Translations under genes and position numbers: made by a program
Shown: positions 50,901 to 63,266 of the stretch, piece by piece
Position numbering within the stretch: the stretch's first letter is position 1
Layout of the letters: every line of letters starts with the position of its first letter
Origin: Microthyrium microscopicum
Taxonomy: Eukaryota
Direction: 5' to 3'
Length of the DNA: 64,000 nucleotides
Assembly: GCA_010405405.1 (NCBI GenBank)
Contig: MU004237.1
Span: 2,057,345-2,121,344, forward strand
Notes under the pieces: model-generated
Database searches by the model: none
What the model saw: only the letters and a program-made list of their open reading frames with translations
Told to the model about the DNA's origin: nothing

Positions 50901-53900
50901 AGCATATTTTAATATAGATATTTTAATTAATATAGGTAGTAGCACTATAAGTATTATTAATCCTTACTACTTAAAATAATATAGTATACTAATATTTAAC
51001 CTAACTTAACCTTAAATTATTAAGCTTACTAATAGTAAGTCTATTTCTATAGTTAATAAAGCTACCCTTATTAATATCTATATTAGCTACTATATTGAAT
51101 AGCTTAGTTATTTCGTTATAAAGGTTGCCTTATATAACCTTATATTAGGAGCGCCTTAGATAAACTAATATAAAGTTAATCTCTATAAGGGATTAAGAAC
51201 CTTAACCTTTAGTAGTATACAATGCATTATTAATTATATTATATTACGTTGCCTAATATTAGTAGATCTAAAAGGACGTATAATTAATCTTCTCCTTCTT
51301 AATAATATAGATATTATATTTATATTAGCTATGGCATTTAAGAAGCTTTTAAAGTATAAAGACGCTATTATTAACGCTTTTTAGCTAGAAGATTTTAAAA
51401 AGATAAAAGACGATAGAATAATAAATAAAGATAATAATAATAGAGAAGTAATAAATCTCTTTACTTATACTATCTTTAAAAAGGATTATATTAAATAGTA
51501 GGATAAGTAGGATAGCTTATATATATTACAAGAAGAAATACTAAAGCTTATTCTAGAAGAGTTCTAATAATACTTTAAGGTCTTTAACTTAAAATAAGCT
51601 AATACTCTTATACTATATTAAGGTAAATTTAATTACGCTATTAACCTTATTCTAAATATAAAAATACTAAAACGTTATCCTATCTTAATATCCCTAAAAT
51701 AAGTATTAGTAGTAAAGTAGTATATAGAGCAATTATTAGTACGTAGGTTTATAGGGCCTTCTAAATCTTAATATGCTATACTAATACTTTATATTAGCAA
51801 GCTAGGTAGTAGTATTAGAGTTTATATTAATTATTATAAACTTAATAAAATTACTATTAAGAATAGTAATGTTCCTCTTTTTATTAATAAAATACTTACG
51901 TATTTAATATATATAAAGTTTTACTTAAAATTTAACGTTATTATAGCGTTTAAATAGATTTAGATTAAACTTAGAGATAAGCATAAAATAGCTTTCCTTA
52001 CTTAATATAGCTTCTTTAAATTTAATATCCTTTTCTTTAGTCTTATAGGGGGACTAGGAATATTTTAATCTTACGTTAACTACGCATTAATATAATTCCT
52101 TAATAATTTTATTACTATCTACTTTAATAATATCTTAGTCTTTAGTAAGACGTTAGAGAAATATAACGTATATATTTATCTTATCTTAGATATATTAGAA
52201 CGTATAGGTTTATTCCTAGATATTAAGAAGTCTAAATTCTATATCTAGGAAGTTAAATACCTTAGTTTAATTATTACTACTAAAGGCATTAAAATAGATT
52301 TTGCTAAGGTTTAGGTAGTACTAGAATAAGAATAACTAGTATACTTAAAAGACGTTTAAGCGTTTCTTAAATTTACTAATTTCTATTATTACTTTATATT
52401 TAGCTACTTAGCTATAGTAGCGCTATTAACTAATCTTATAAGAAAAGACGCTATTATAGTTTTCTTATAGAATTTAGAGGAGCTAGAGAAGAGAGCATTT
52501 AAAGCTTTTAAAAAAGCTTTTACTTTTACTCCTATCTTTATCTACTTTAACTATAATAAAGAAACTTAGGTAGAAATAAATACTTTAGATTAGGTATACG
52601 TAATAGTATTATTATAAAAAGATGCTAATAAAGATCTTAAACTTATTACGTTCCTATCTAAGAAGATAATACTTATAGAATATAATTATAATATTTATAA
52701 TAAGGAGCTGTTAGCTATTATTTAAGCTTTTAAAGAATAGAAACCTAAACTCTTTAGTATAGAAGATATTATTAAGGTTTTTTTAGATTATTAAAACTTC
52801 TAGATATTTATAAAAATAAAGAAGCTTACTTATCGTTAAATATAATAGGCTAAATTCTTATTATAATTTTACTTCCTTATTAAATATTGCCTAGGAATAG
52901 CTAATAGTAAAGCTAATGCTCTTATAAGATATTCTTAAGATCTTCTTTAAAGTAATAATAATCTATAGATTACTTAGTAGTATTAACTACTTTTATTTCC
53001 CTACTAGTTTAGTACGAAGAAGGTAGTTAAGCTTACTATAATTCTTATTAACTCTATTACCTTATTCTTTTTATAAGTAGCTATAATTATAGCAAATAAG
53101 TTAGATACTACTATAATAAGGGAATTATATTTAGAATCTATTATAGAGAGCCTTTAGAATAAGGCTTTAGCTAGTTTAGATAATTCTCTACTAGTTAATA
53201 AGAAATTTCTAAACTTTGCTCTAGAATAGTTCTTAAAAGAGATAATAAAGGTAAGTAAGGTTAATAAGCTATTAATTATAATTTAACTAGCTAAAGTACA
53301 AAAAGACTACTTTCTACCTTTTAATATTCCTAACTAAGAGTATATTAAGTTAATAGATTATAAAGCTATACTAAATAGCATAGTGCTCTACTAGTAAAAG
53401 CTCTTTATTTTTACTATCTATTTATACTATAAAGCTATAAAGTAGGCTTATTAATATAAGGTAATAGAATATAGAGAAGTTATAATAATATACTATTATT
53501 TATAGTAAGACTACTAGTAGCTATATATATTAGAGTTAGTAAAGACTTTTATTAAGGGTTATTACTATATCTTTACTAAACTTATACGTTAAAAGAAGTA
53601 AGGCTTATTAAGATCCTTCTTACTACTAAAGTATACTTAGTTAGATATTTCTATTAACTTTACTATCTCTTTACTAAGATATACTTACTAAGGAATTATC
53701 TATTACTATATTATAGTTATAGTTAATTACCTTATATAATCCTAGAGATTTATTACTCTTCCTAACCTATTAGTTAAAATAATAGTTATAGCGTTTATTA
53801 ACTACGTCTAGAAGCTTTATAATTAGCTAGATTCTATCTTATTAGATAGAGGAACCTAGTTTATATTAGTATTTTAGGGCTACCTTTATAAACGTATTAG

Positions 53901-55048
53901 CGTTACCTTAAAGCTAAGTATAGCTTAGTATCCTAAAATAGATAGAATTATAGAGATCTTAATTACTATACTTAAATAATACCTATGCTTATTTATTAAC
54001 TAGGATTAAGATAATTAGGCTTTATTATTATCCTTTACTAAGTTTATAGTTAACTTAGTAGTAAGCGCTACTATAGACTTTGTACTATTTAAGGCTTAGA
54101 ATAGCTTTCTTTTAAAATTAGAATTAGAGTTAGCTTATTATCTACTACCTAAAGCTTTATATAAATCTATAGTAGCTTATAAGGAAGTTACCTTAATAGA
54201 TTACGTTTAAGATAGTAGAGAAAAGTTATACTAGTTTTTAAAGAAATAACTAGTATAGGCTTAGTTATAGCAAAAGCTCTATGCTAATAAGTACTAGCGT
54301 CTAGTATCTAATCTTTATTTAGAAAATTAGGTTTATCTTAATATTTATAACTATAATATAATATATCTTTTAAAAACGCTTAATAATAAGAGCGTAGAAC
54401 TATTTAAAGTCCTTTATAAGATTAATAGTATTACTTATAAGTTAGATTTACCTAAGTTAATAAAAATATATCTAGTATTTTATACTTAACTATTATACCC
54501 TATTAACGATAAGGCTAAGCTTCTTAAGGAAGTTAATCTTCTACTAGCTACTATTAGTAAAATTAAAGGTAAAGAAGAATAGCTTATAGACGCTATTACT
54601 AATAGTAAATAGGAAGGCTATAGTAAAGACAAGGTCCTTAAATATAGAATTAAATAGAATAGTTATTATAATAAGAGTTAGTAACTATAGTAGAACGTAA
54701 TTAATATGCCTAATACTATCTTAGAGTTTTATTATCTATATCTTAATAAACTAGGTCTATATTCCTTATAGAAGCTACTAAAGCCTAACTAAGAAGAAGA
54801 TTATAATATTAATAGTCTACCTATAGATTAGGATCTTGCTATATAAAAGTACTTTATTTTTATAGTTTTATACCCCTTGTTTTAGGTTTAATTTAATAAT
54901 ACTACTATTAAGATTATTAAATACTATAGACTAGCTTAAATAGATATCTCTACCTTTATTAATAGGTTTAGATAGTTACTAGGGTTAGTAAATAACGTAT
55001 TATAGTTTCTCTTAGTAGTAATATATATAAAGGAGTTTAGTATTCATA

Positions 55049-55092
55049 TAGACTAGACTAGACTAGACTAGACTAGCCTAGCCTAGCCTAGA
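55049..55092. repeat. Pentanucleotide microsatellite (TAGAC)n(TAGCC)n in the Gypsy 3' region
   Basis: tagactagactagactagactagactagcctagcctagcctag. Confidence 0.85.
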
Positions 55093-55143
55093 ATAAAATA
55101 GATTAAAATAGCCTAGGAGGTCTATTTTAGAAGAGGAGAGTTA

Positions 55144-55364
55144 TATAAGAATTCCTTATAGGTTTAGTATTTAGTATTAGATTTAGAGATCTAATCTTGT
55201 AGATAAGATTTCTTTATTCTATTTAGGGTTAGTATATCTAAGGATCTCCTAGGCCCTATATCTTTGTATCTATAGCTCTATCTCTAGATCTCCTCTCTCT
55301 ATACGTAGATCCTATAATATTAGCTATATTCTGCTCGCCTAATCGTACCTAATAGCTCCTTACA
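55144..55364 (+). repeat. 3' LTR (221 bp)
   Basis: Ends in ...TACA, followed by the TSD CTTAT (55365-55369); preceded by AGAAGAGGAGAG. Confidence 0.93.
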
Positions 55365-56232
55365 CTTATAGACCTTTGCTTAGAATTCGCGGAAGAATAT
55401 AAGAATTAGGAGGCTAAGGATTAGGATATTGTTTAGTTCTCTAACGAGTATTCTATTAAGTAAGGTATTAGTTTAGAATAACTATAGTATTTTTATCTAC
55501 TAAAATAAAAATATGATAAAGAGATAGTTAATCCGTACCTAAAGAGAAGGCAAATATCTCTTATAGTTTATGCTATAATTAACGATTCTTATAGTTACTT
55601 AGAATTATATTTTATAACGAGGAATAAGAAGTCTAAAAAGAATAGCTATTCTACTAACTCCTATATTCTTACCCTTAACGAAATTCTTATTTCGTTATAT
55701 AAACTAGGAGAGTTATATTAATAAAATAACGCTTCTATTTATATAGCTAAAAAATCGCAAAAGTAGCTTAAGGATTATAGAATTTAAGTTATAAAATAGC
55801 TACCTTACTCGCTAGATCTAAACCCTATTAAGAACGTCTAGGCATAACTTAAAAATATCCTCTATAAAATCTATTTAGAACTTAAAGATATATATAGAAA
55901 AGACGAGTAGACAAAGGAGTACCTAAAGTAATATATTTTAGAGGTATAGGACGAGTTAGACCTAGATTATATTGCAAAATATACTCGTAGTATACTAGAA
56001 CGACTTTAGGCGGTAAAGGACGCTAAAGGGTAGTATACAAAGTACTAAAAATCAAATCTCATAATTTCTGAAACTATGCCTAAATAGGCCTGATCTTTGG
56101 CTTCGTATTTCTATTATTTTGGAGAAAATCCGAGCCGAAATGGCCTAGTAATTTGGGTTGGAAGATCGGCGGTTGATTTCTTAGTTTTGGGGTGGATCTC
56201 AAAAATACGGAGACTTATGGACACCTACTGTA

Positions 56233-57692
56233 TCATCCCATCCTCGTCTTATTCTCCAAAATCGTCCCCTTACACTCCCCGAATCCAACCATTCCATACT
56301 CCTCCTCTCCACAAACACCACTGAAGATAACCGTATCCCCATCCGCCAGAAACGTGCGTGGCTCTTCCGCAATCGTAATCATACTCTTCCCTCCATCCGT
56401 TTGTTCAAACAAGCTACCAAACGACCCTCGTTCCGTGCCAGAAATCGTCCCAGAGCCAAGAAGATCGCCCGTGTTGAATGGACAGCCGCCGACTGTATGG
56501 TGGGCGAGCATTTGCGGGAAGGAGAAGAGGAGGTTGCGGGAGGTAGTGTTGGTGACTTTTTGACGGGTGCCAGCTGGGGCTGGGAGGACGTTAGTGGAAG
56601 CTGGTTGGTACGGATAGGAGGGACTTGGTGATGGATGGTAGGGGGAGAAGATGTAACTTACTCTCGATGGTGACGTCTAGTTTTATATCTGGCACCATGG
56701 ACTCTTTATCACCTTGGAGATAGTCTAGTAGTGGTCTGTCACCCTGTAGTGCTGGGACTAGGAATGGCTCGAGAGCGTCCATTGTTACGACCCATCCGCT
56801 TACTGTTGATCGTTAGTTGCGCTTCTTGCATTGTTGAAAGTAGCATCGGAGCAGATTGTGACTTTTGAAACTTACCACTCGTTCCAAAGTTCTTCGCATT
56901 GAATGGCCCCAGCGGAACCATCTCCCAAGTCTGAATATCCCTTGCACTCCAATCATTCATCAACACCACCCCAAACAACCCCTCCTCAAACGCCCTCTTG
57001 ACTCCCACCGGCGTTCCCATCTCATTCGCTTTCGCTACAAAACAGCCTAGCTCTAGCTCAAAGTCCAACTTTCTGCATAAATCTAGCACCGGCTCGCTAG
57101 CACCCGGCGCAGTCAGTATTTGTCCCCGTGGCCTCGAAATACCGGTCCCACTGACGACAACTGAAGAGGCGCGTCCGTGGTATCCAACAGGGAGATGCAG
57201 GTAGTTTGGTTGAAGTTCTTGACCAGGTCCACGCATTAGGCGGCCGCAGTTCATGGCGTGGTGGAGACCGACGTAGAAATCAGTGTAATCGCCGATACTG
57301 AAGGGGATGTGAAGTGTGATAGAGCTAAAGGGTATAAGTATGTCGCTTTTGGCGGAGCGAGCAGCGGCTTTGGCGGATGCATGTTCGTTGCTGGGTTCGT
57401 CGGTGAGGATTTCTTGAAGAATACGACGGATTTCAGAAGTTTTTGACCGGCCTTGGGCTGCGAATGCGTTGAGGGTTGGTTGGGCGAATGTGGAGGAGAG
57501 TGCCTGGATGGCAGATGGAACGTTGAGAGAAGAGGTTGAGTAGGTTGCGAGGTTGAGTGCGTAGTCTCCAATGGCGATGGCGACGCTGCGTGTGTCTGGC
57601 TGGTCAGTGGTCGAGATGATGCCGAAGGGGATGTTGGCGAGGGAGAAGTGGCTATCTGGTTCGTATTGAACCCAGGATTTCCTTGGAGCCAT
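56233..57692 (-). CDS. Fumarylacetoacetase (FAH family), 3 exons
   Basis: SHFSLANIPFGI, IGDYTDFY, HLPVGYHGRASS, LDFELELG, MNDWSARDIQ.WE.VPLGPF, HHTVGGC, GDLLGSGTISG, VGFGEC. Confidence 0.95.
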
Positions 57693-58564
57693 TGAGAAGT
57701 GAGGCTAGGTTATATGACTGGCTTATACTTGAAAGTGGCTATCTGAGTCAATCTCAATTGGAGATGTTTTGAATTGTATGATGTTGTGGAGATGAACTGA
57801 AGTTGCGGATATCGTCGGATTGCGGGGCCGATGACGCTCGAAGCTGAATTATTGGCGAGGCCGCCTGCTTCCCTAAATTTGAAACAAGGTACAACAGTCT
57901 CCTACATGAGGCTCTGTTGAAGAAGCACAAGTTGTCGTCTTTCCTTCAGCAGACTGGTTTCGAAAGGCGTTGTGCTCCAACAGGAGACAACAAGGCTTCA
58001 GCCTTGCCAGCATTTAGCCAATCGGAATACGACTTGGCGCAATCGGAAGGGAAGGGATCTGGCCAGACGAACTGAGCAGTCCGTGCCACGCTATTAGCTG
58101 GGGCTAGTGCAGCATTGGCTTAGCGCAACGGCTTAGGGTGGTCCCAGCTGTCTTAGAGCCGGGTCTAGGCGTGCTAGGGTTAGGCAGGTGGAGCCAGTCA
58201 ATGAAGCTTTCCCAACTGGGCAAAACTCCATGTGCAAAGCAAAGAAATCACGCGTTGGCCCTTGGCTCCAGTCCAGTCCGATCCAGGTTCTTTTCCCTCT
58301 CTTTTCTTCGTTTGGGAGAGCCCGCGGGCCGATATCAACTTATCAAGAGACACAAGCGACCATTTGATTTGAGCTAACAGAAAACCTACCAAAGCTAAAT
58401 CCTAGCTGGTCGTGCTGGTCAAGTGCTGTGTGCTAAGAGCCATGCCTTGCCCCCTCCAGCTAACCCATCCGAAAACCCTGTTGCCCTTGCTTGTCATATA
58501 AAGTACTCAACTTCCCTACACAACATCCTCCACTTCCACTTTCCCCCCAGTTGTTGATAGTGGT

Positions 58565-58975
58565 ATGACCTCAACCGACTGTGTAGTCAACACCAACGCA
58601 ATGGTTTCCCTCACAAGAGCCCCGAGCAGTTCCAACACCACGTCCATCACCACAAATAGCTCCTCCAGTCAAGAATCATCCCCGCCCCACACCGCTTCTC
58701 CCTATCTCGATCCCCACACGACCTTGCCAGACGGTTACAAGTCAAGATGGGAGATTCTCAGAGACAGACTCTCTTCAATTGGTCGCAGAAAGAGCCAACA
58801 ATTGCCGAATGATCAACCACACTTTGCGCTCACCCAGCGCAATCTGACCGAATTTTTCAATCCTGATTATACAGACGAGATTGAGGCGTTCAAGGATCCA
58901 AAGACTAGGATAAATCCATACAATAATGCCTCCAAGAAGGAACACACAAGCAAATGGATTCACAGCTTGCCCTGA
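58565..58975 (+). CDS. Small hypothetical protein (136 aa, Ser/Thr-rich N-terminus)
   Basis: ATG-initiated ORF downstream of a TATA-like CATATAAA (~58495) and a pyrimidine-rich leader; no recognisable domain. Confidence 0.45.
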   Translation: MTSTDCVVNTNAMVSLTRAPSSSNTTSITTNSSSSQESSPPHTASPYLDPHTTLPDGYKSRWEILRDRLSSIGRRKSQQLPNDQPHFALTQRNLTEFFNPDYTDEIEAFKDPKTRINPYNNASKKEHTSKWIHSLP

Positions 58976-60059
58976 GAAAGATTGAGATGATATCTTGGAA
59001 CTTCTCCAGATCTTCAGAAACAATTGTTTCCTTCACAAATGGCACGCAGAGCACAAAGTGGCGTGACTCCATTGCGTATGAATGTCCATGCTGTTGTGGC
59101 GTACAGCTAAACAAGCTCAATCCCAGAATGAGGTACAGGTACCTGTGTATGATTCCCAACCACCTTCCATATTTGTTGTTATTGCTAATATACCAATCAG
59201 ACTTACTTCGCGACGTTTGCAATCAATTTGTGTTCGCTGAATATGGATTTTTTGATTCGATTCCAAATCAATCACAAATGTCGCAAATGACCAATATCCG
59301 ATCATCAATGATGCCGATACAGGTTAACAAAAGTGTAGCGCAACCAATTGCAAAAGCAGCTATCATGTACATACAAACAGCTTCAGCTGAGCTCCAAAAA
59401 AGCAAAAAGTCAAAGCTGCAACTCTATTTCAACAACCAATTCTTCTCCTTTTTTTACATGTTTGTTTCCGATTTCTTCTATGGTTCCGACGTGTCATCAA
59501 GTCACGATTGTATCCACTGATCTATCTGAGAAATTGAGATCCATTACGCTTAGCGCAACCGGTTTACTGGCCACTTTTTAAGTTCTCGGATGCTGACTAG
59601 ACCTCCCGATCAACAAGGTAGCTTTAACTAGCGGACCAACGGTATTCGATTTGAGAATCCAGCCGCACGGGAACCATCGTGAGTATCTCAACATTACCAC
59701 TGGAGCGCAAGATTGGCAATGTAAGGAGTTGACTTGGGATGCTGTATCAGTCGACTTTGTTTGCTACCACTTGTCATAACACCTCAAAGCAACCGCGGTT
59801 TACGATTTGCATAATGTGAAAGCAAATGCAAGGATTGCTCACAAGCATGTTCGGGATATCTTCTCAGTTTGACTTGGGAGTGACAAAACCGGAGCGCCGT
59901 TTGATCAAACATTTCCATCAAGTACGATGTTTGCCACAACACTTTCTAGAGTAAGACTGCTCTGACTTCTCATCGTACTCGAAATCCTTTTGAAGATCTG
60001 TGGTGTTTTCGGTAACCATCTTCTTCATCATACTTCTCCAGAAGCAGTAATATACCAAC

Positions 60060-61579
60060 ATGGAAAGAAACGATATCCGAAGAGTCGAATCATATGTGAA
60101 CGCTATATTGGACGAGCGGTTCTCAGAAACAAGCGATCCAACTCGCGACGCAGGAAATAAAGCCTACACAGCTGATCCCTATGTACTCCATGCATTGATC
60201 ACTCAGGACTTGAACCAGGATCGCGATTGCAGCGCAGAGATGTCTCCTTGGCTTTTGCATTTTGCGGCGCAAAACCCACCCGCTGACGAAGATGTGGCTG
60301 CCATCGTTATCCTGTTTCTACGAACACTGCGCGAGAGGCCATTCAAGTTGGATGTATCTTACCTCCGCGACGTTCTCGTCCAGCATTACCACGTAAGGCT
60401 GTTGAAGGAGTGACTTCAATTACATATCACTGCTCTAGAAGACTGATCAATTCGCAGATGGACTTCCGGGTTGTGGGAAACCTTCAACATGACCTACAGT
60501 TCAAATTGCAATACCACAAACCACACTGTTTACACCAAGAGCCTCACCTCTCCAGTTCCCAAAGATTTAACGCCTTGAGTCCTTACAACTATGATATCAC
60601 AGAAGCTAAGCTCCTTCGACAGTTTGACGTGTTGCTAGGACTGGCCGGCGCAATTCCCCAGCTCACTAACGCGTTTCACAGAGGTACTTACGATGGCCTC
60701 GATCCCCAGCAGTGGGGAATCAATCCGTGGAATAGTGCTAGCTTCCTAGCAGCTCAACAGTTCTGTCGTAATTCCCTCTTGGATCTCGTCAATATTTCGA
60801 ATTCGGAACAATTCCCAAACTTGCCCGCGGTACCTATGCTACCCAAAGGTCTTTCCGTGGACGTCTACTACCAGCCACAGCGCAATAGGACTGCCACTCC
60901 AGATGCAAACACGCTGATAGCCACTCGATGGATGATTGAACATACACGATTCTGTATCATTGTCGCAGTGTGTCACATGCAAGCTAGAGTACTGTGCTGC
61001 GATACCATTGTGTTCCTACGATATAAAGCGGGCATTGAAATTGCGCAGCTCTCACTCAGTCTGCTCAAAGAATTCCTCAACGCACTTGACAAATATGCTC
61101 CAATTATGTTCAACGGCATCACTCACCCACACCTGGTAGAGCATCTCCGAGATCCAAAAGCTGATCCTTCAAAGTTATTACGCAAACTTACAAACGCTAT
61201 GGATGCAATTCTGGCCCTCGTAGTGGACGTCCCGTTTCCGTTGGGCAGAAACAATCATCGCGTTTATAATCGTACAAGCATACTCCACGCGGTGGCTCTT
61301 ACGCTTCAATTTGTCTCATTGGCCATCCAGTCTCACCTTCGAAAATGTGGTCCTCTCGAGTTCGTTTGTCTAGCAGAGCCGGTGCGAAAAGTCTGTTTGA
61401 AGGGTGTAGGCTTTTCAGATCCAAGAATCGTTGTTCCGGAGATATTTGCTGAGACTCGAGGAGAGTTTTTCGTCTTCGGTGTGCCGACAAGCCTTTCTGA
61501 GTCGGAAAGTTTGGAGTTGAACGACTTGGAGACTTTTAATCTGTGGAGGGAGGAGATGCAGTGTTCGTTTACAGTGTAA
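60060..61579 (+). CDS. Hypothetical protein (~480 aa, 2 exons)
   Basis: ORF 60060 joins the 389-aa ORF in frame through an intron GTAAGG ~60392 to CAG ~60457; no recognised domain. Confidence 0.6.
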
Positions 61580-62251
61580 TAATCGGCATGCTCATGGTTG
61601 TTAGGTAATGGAGTTGATGGGATCCCGTAAAGCAGTTCATAGAGGTACATACACGTCCTTTTATTAGCCGCAAGCACTCATCGAGATAGATTTTTGGAAG
61701 CAATAAAAAACGCGTCGCCAAGGGCCCTCGTACTCGCACTTGTGGCTATCAGACTTGCGGTTCCTCAGTTCGAATCTACGATGTGACTTCTCCACGTGGT
61801 GATCTTGCCAGTAAAATAAGCCGGCCAAGGTCGTTGATCTGACATGGGCATGATAGCAACCTTTTCAGAGGCCTGTGAGGTTGCAACACTTGGTAAACAC
61901 GAGGTTGCCTATCATAACCCATTAATATTATTGATTCCAAAGCTTATATTAGGCAACTGGCCACTAACAAGGTCAACGTTGGACTGTCGTTGGTGGTTAT
62001 AACTCGAGATAGGAGTGGTTGTGCTAAAAATAGACCTCACGAATCCCAACCAGGCGCCACTTGAATCATGATACGAGAACCGGTCAGTTTTAACTAGGCG
62101 TCGCGGTACTTGTAGGATTCAAATCCTCTTCTTGCCCTCTTTCCTTTATATCTCTGTTTACATCATTCGTTATACTTTTTGGATTGAGAAAGGTCAACAA
62201 GTCTCGGCGGCGTAACACATATCTTATGAAACCCTGAGACCGGTCGCTACT

Positions 62252-63266
62252 ATGCACTACCAAGTCCTCAAATTCAAAGCAATCCTCTTCGCTGTTGGGT
62301 TCTTGACCTTTGCGATCCCCAAGGCTGTATCAGCGCACGAAGCCACCGACGCAATCATCGAGAGTGACTATGTTTCCGACTGCAGTAGTAGAGCCTTTGG
62401 ACAGTCAAAGTCTTTCCACGTACCTGTCGACCGATGTCTCAACATACCCAGCTGGTATATGGAAATCAAAACCGTTGCGTTCTGCAAAAACGGCACGCGT
62501 GCGAAATGGGCACGTTTCCCCGAGAAAGGCTGCGGGCATGGCACTCTTGATGCAGACTTTGGGCTCGTTGATATAAAAGACAAGGACTTTCGTACTTGCC
62601 TCGATATACGGGAGTATGAAAGCATGGCATTTTGGTGCGAGGGTTACCAGAAGAGCACTCTGCCAGAGGAGAAGGATGACCATAGTGAAAAGGTGCCGGA
62701 GAATGAGGACAAATCGAAAGCTGGTAGTATCAGCGAAAGTGTCTGCATGCCCCAAAGAGCACCTACTTGGAAGCATCCAAAGGCGGATACGTGCGTTAAT
62801 CTTACCTACAAAAGGCTCCAAATACATACGCCAGCTATCTGTGCAAACGGAACAGAGGCTACCTTTGCATTCTACGAAGGGGTTGGATGTCACGGTATGC
62901 CTTCAGAGTTCAAGACTGTGGAGGAGAGAGACGCAAGGCAGTGTTTGGACGTTGAGGGAATGAAGAGCTTTGCCTTTTACTGCACCGGAGAGGGCATCGA
63001 GCGCAATGATGGCCGACCAACTGGTGGAAATGGTAATGGTGGTGGCATTTTGCAGTTCTTGCTTGTACTCTTCCTTATCTTCATGGTTTTCTCCTTGATG
63101 CTGTTGCTCACAGTTTTCACCTGGGTTCGGAAGTATGGAGGTAGTGTTGGTAAAGTGTTTGACTTTTTCAAGGTAAGTGATTCTCCCTCGTGCTTGATGG
63201 AGACCAATGCTGATATTCAACTTCTAGAACCTCGTCAAACCGAAAGAAGGGAGCATTGCACTCTGA
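62252..63266 (+). CDS. Secretory-pathway type I membrane protein with two Cys-rich repeats
   Basis: Signal peptide, two ~75-aa repeats (C.N...I...A.C.NGT.A....GC...CLD....S.AF.C.G), Gly linker, long hydrophobic helix. Intron 63173-63227 gives the tail NLVKPKEGSIAL-stop. Confidence 0.75.

Larger units (their letters stand above)
47710..55364 (+). mobile_element. RIP-inactivated full-length Ty3/Gypsy (chromovirus-type) LTR retrotransposon
   Basis: 221-bp LTRs at 47710-47930 and 55144-55364, CTTAT target-site duplication, purine tract before the 3' LTR. Relics in Gypsy order: protease (~50930), RT YxDD (~52120), RNase H VETD (~52570), integrase, chromodomain (~54580-54740). Very AT-rich and TpA-enriched. 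Confidence 0.92.
47188..56230 (+). mobile_element. RIP-inactivated Tc1/mariner DNA transposon, interrupted by a Gypsy element
   Basis: TA on both flanks (47186-47187, 56231-56232). Imperfect 25-bp TIRs CAGTACTAGGCCTTAAGTCTCCGTA / CAGTAGGTGTCCATAAGTCTCCGTA (20/25). Relic transposase 47291-47709 plus 55370-56048 with RIP-altered WFSDE (~55435), QDNA.IH (~55722), WPPYSPDLNPIE (~55797) and GWYTKY end. Confidence 0.9.

Noticed and set aside
47931..55143. AT-rich block as a centromere or organellar insertion
   Set aside because: Fully explained by a RIP-mutated Gypsy element with LTRs, TSD and pol relics.
58131..58185. TTAGGG-like words (CTAGGGTTAGG) as a telomerase RNA template or interstitial telomere
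   Set aside because: Only ~1.5 repeats. A minus-strand template would run into the FAH gene within ~500 nt, and no other telomerase RNA elements were recognised.
58954..59520. 188-aa ORF
   Set aside because: Overlaps the end of the 58565 ORF, has no recognisable motif and has low-complexity, UTR-like composition.
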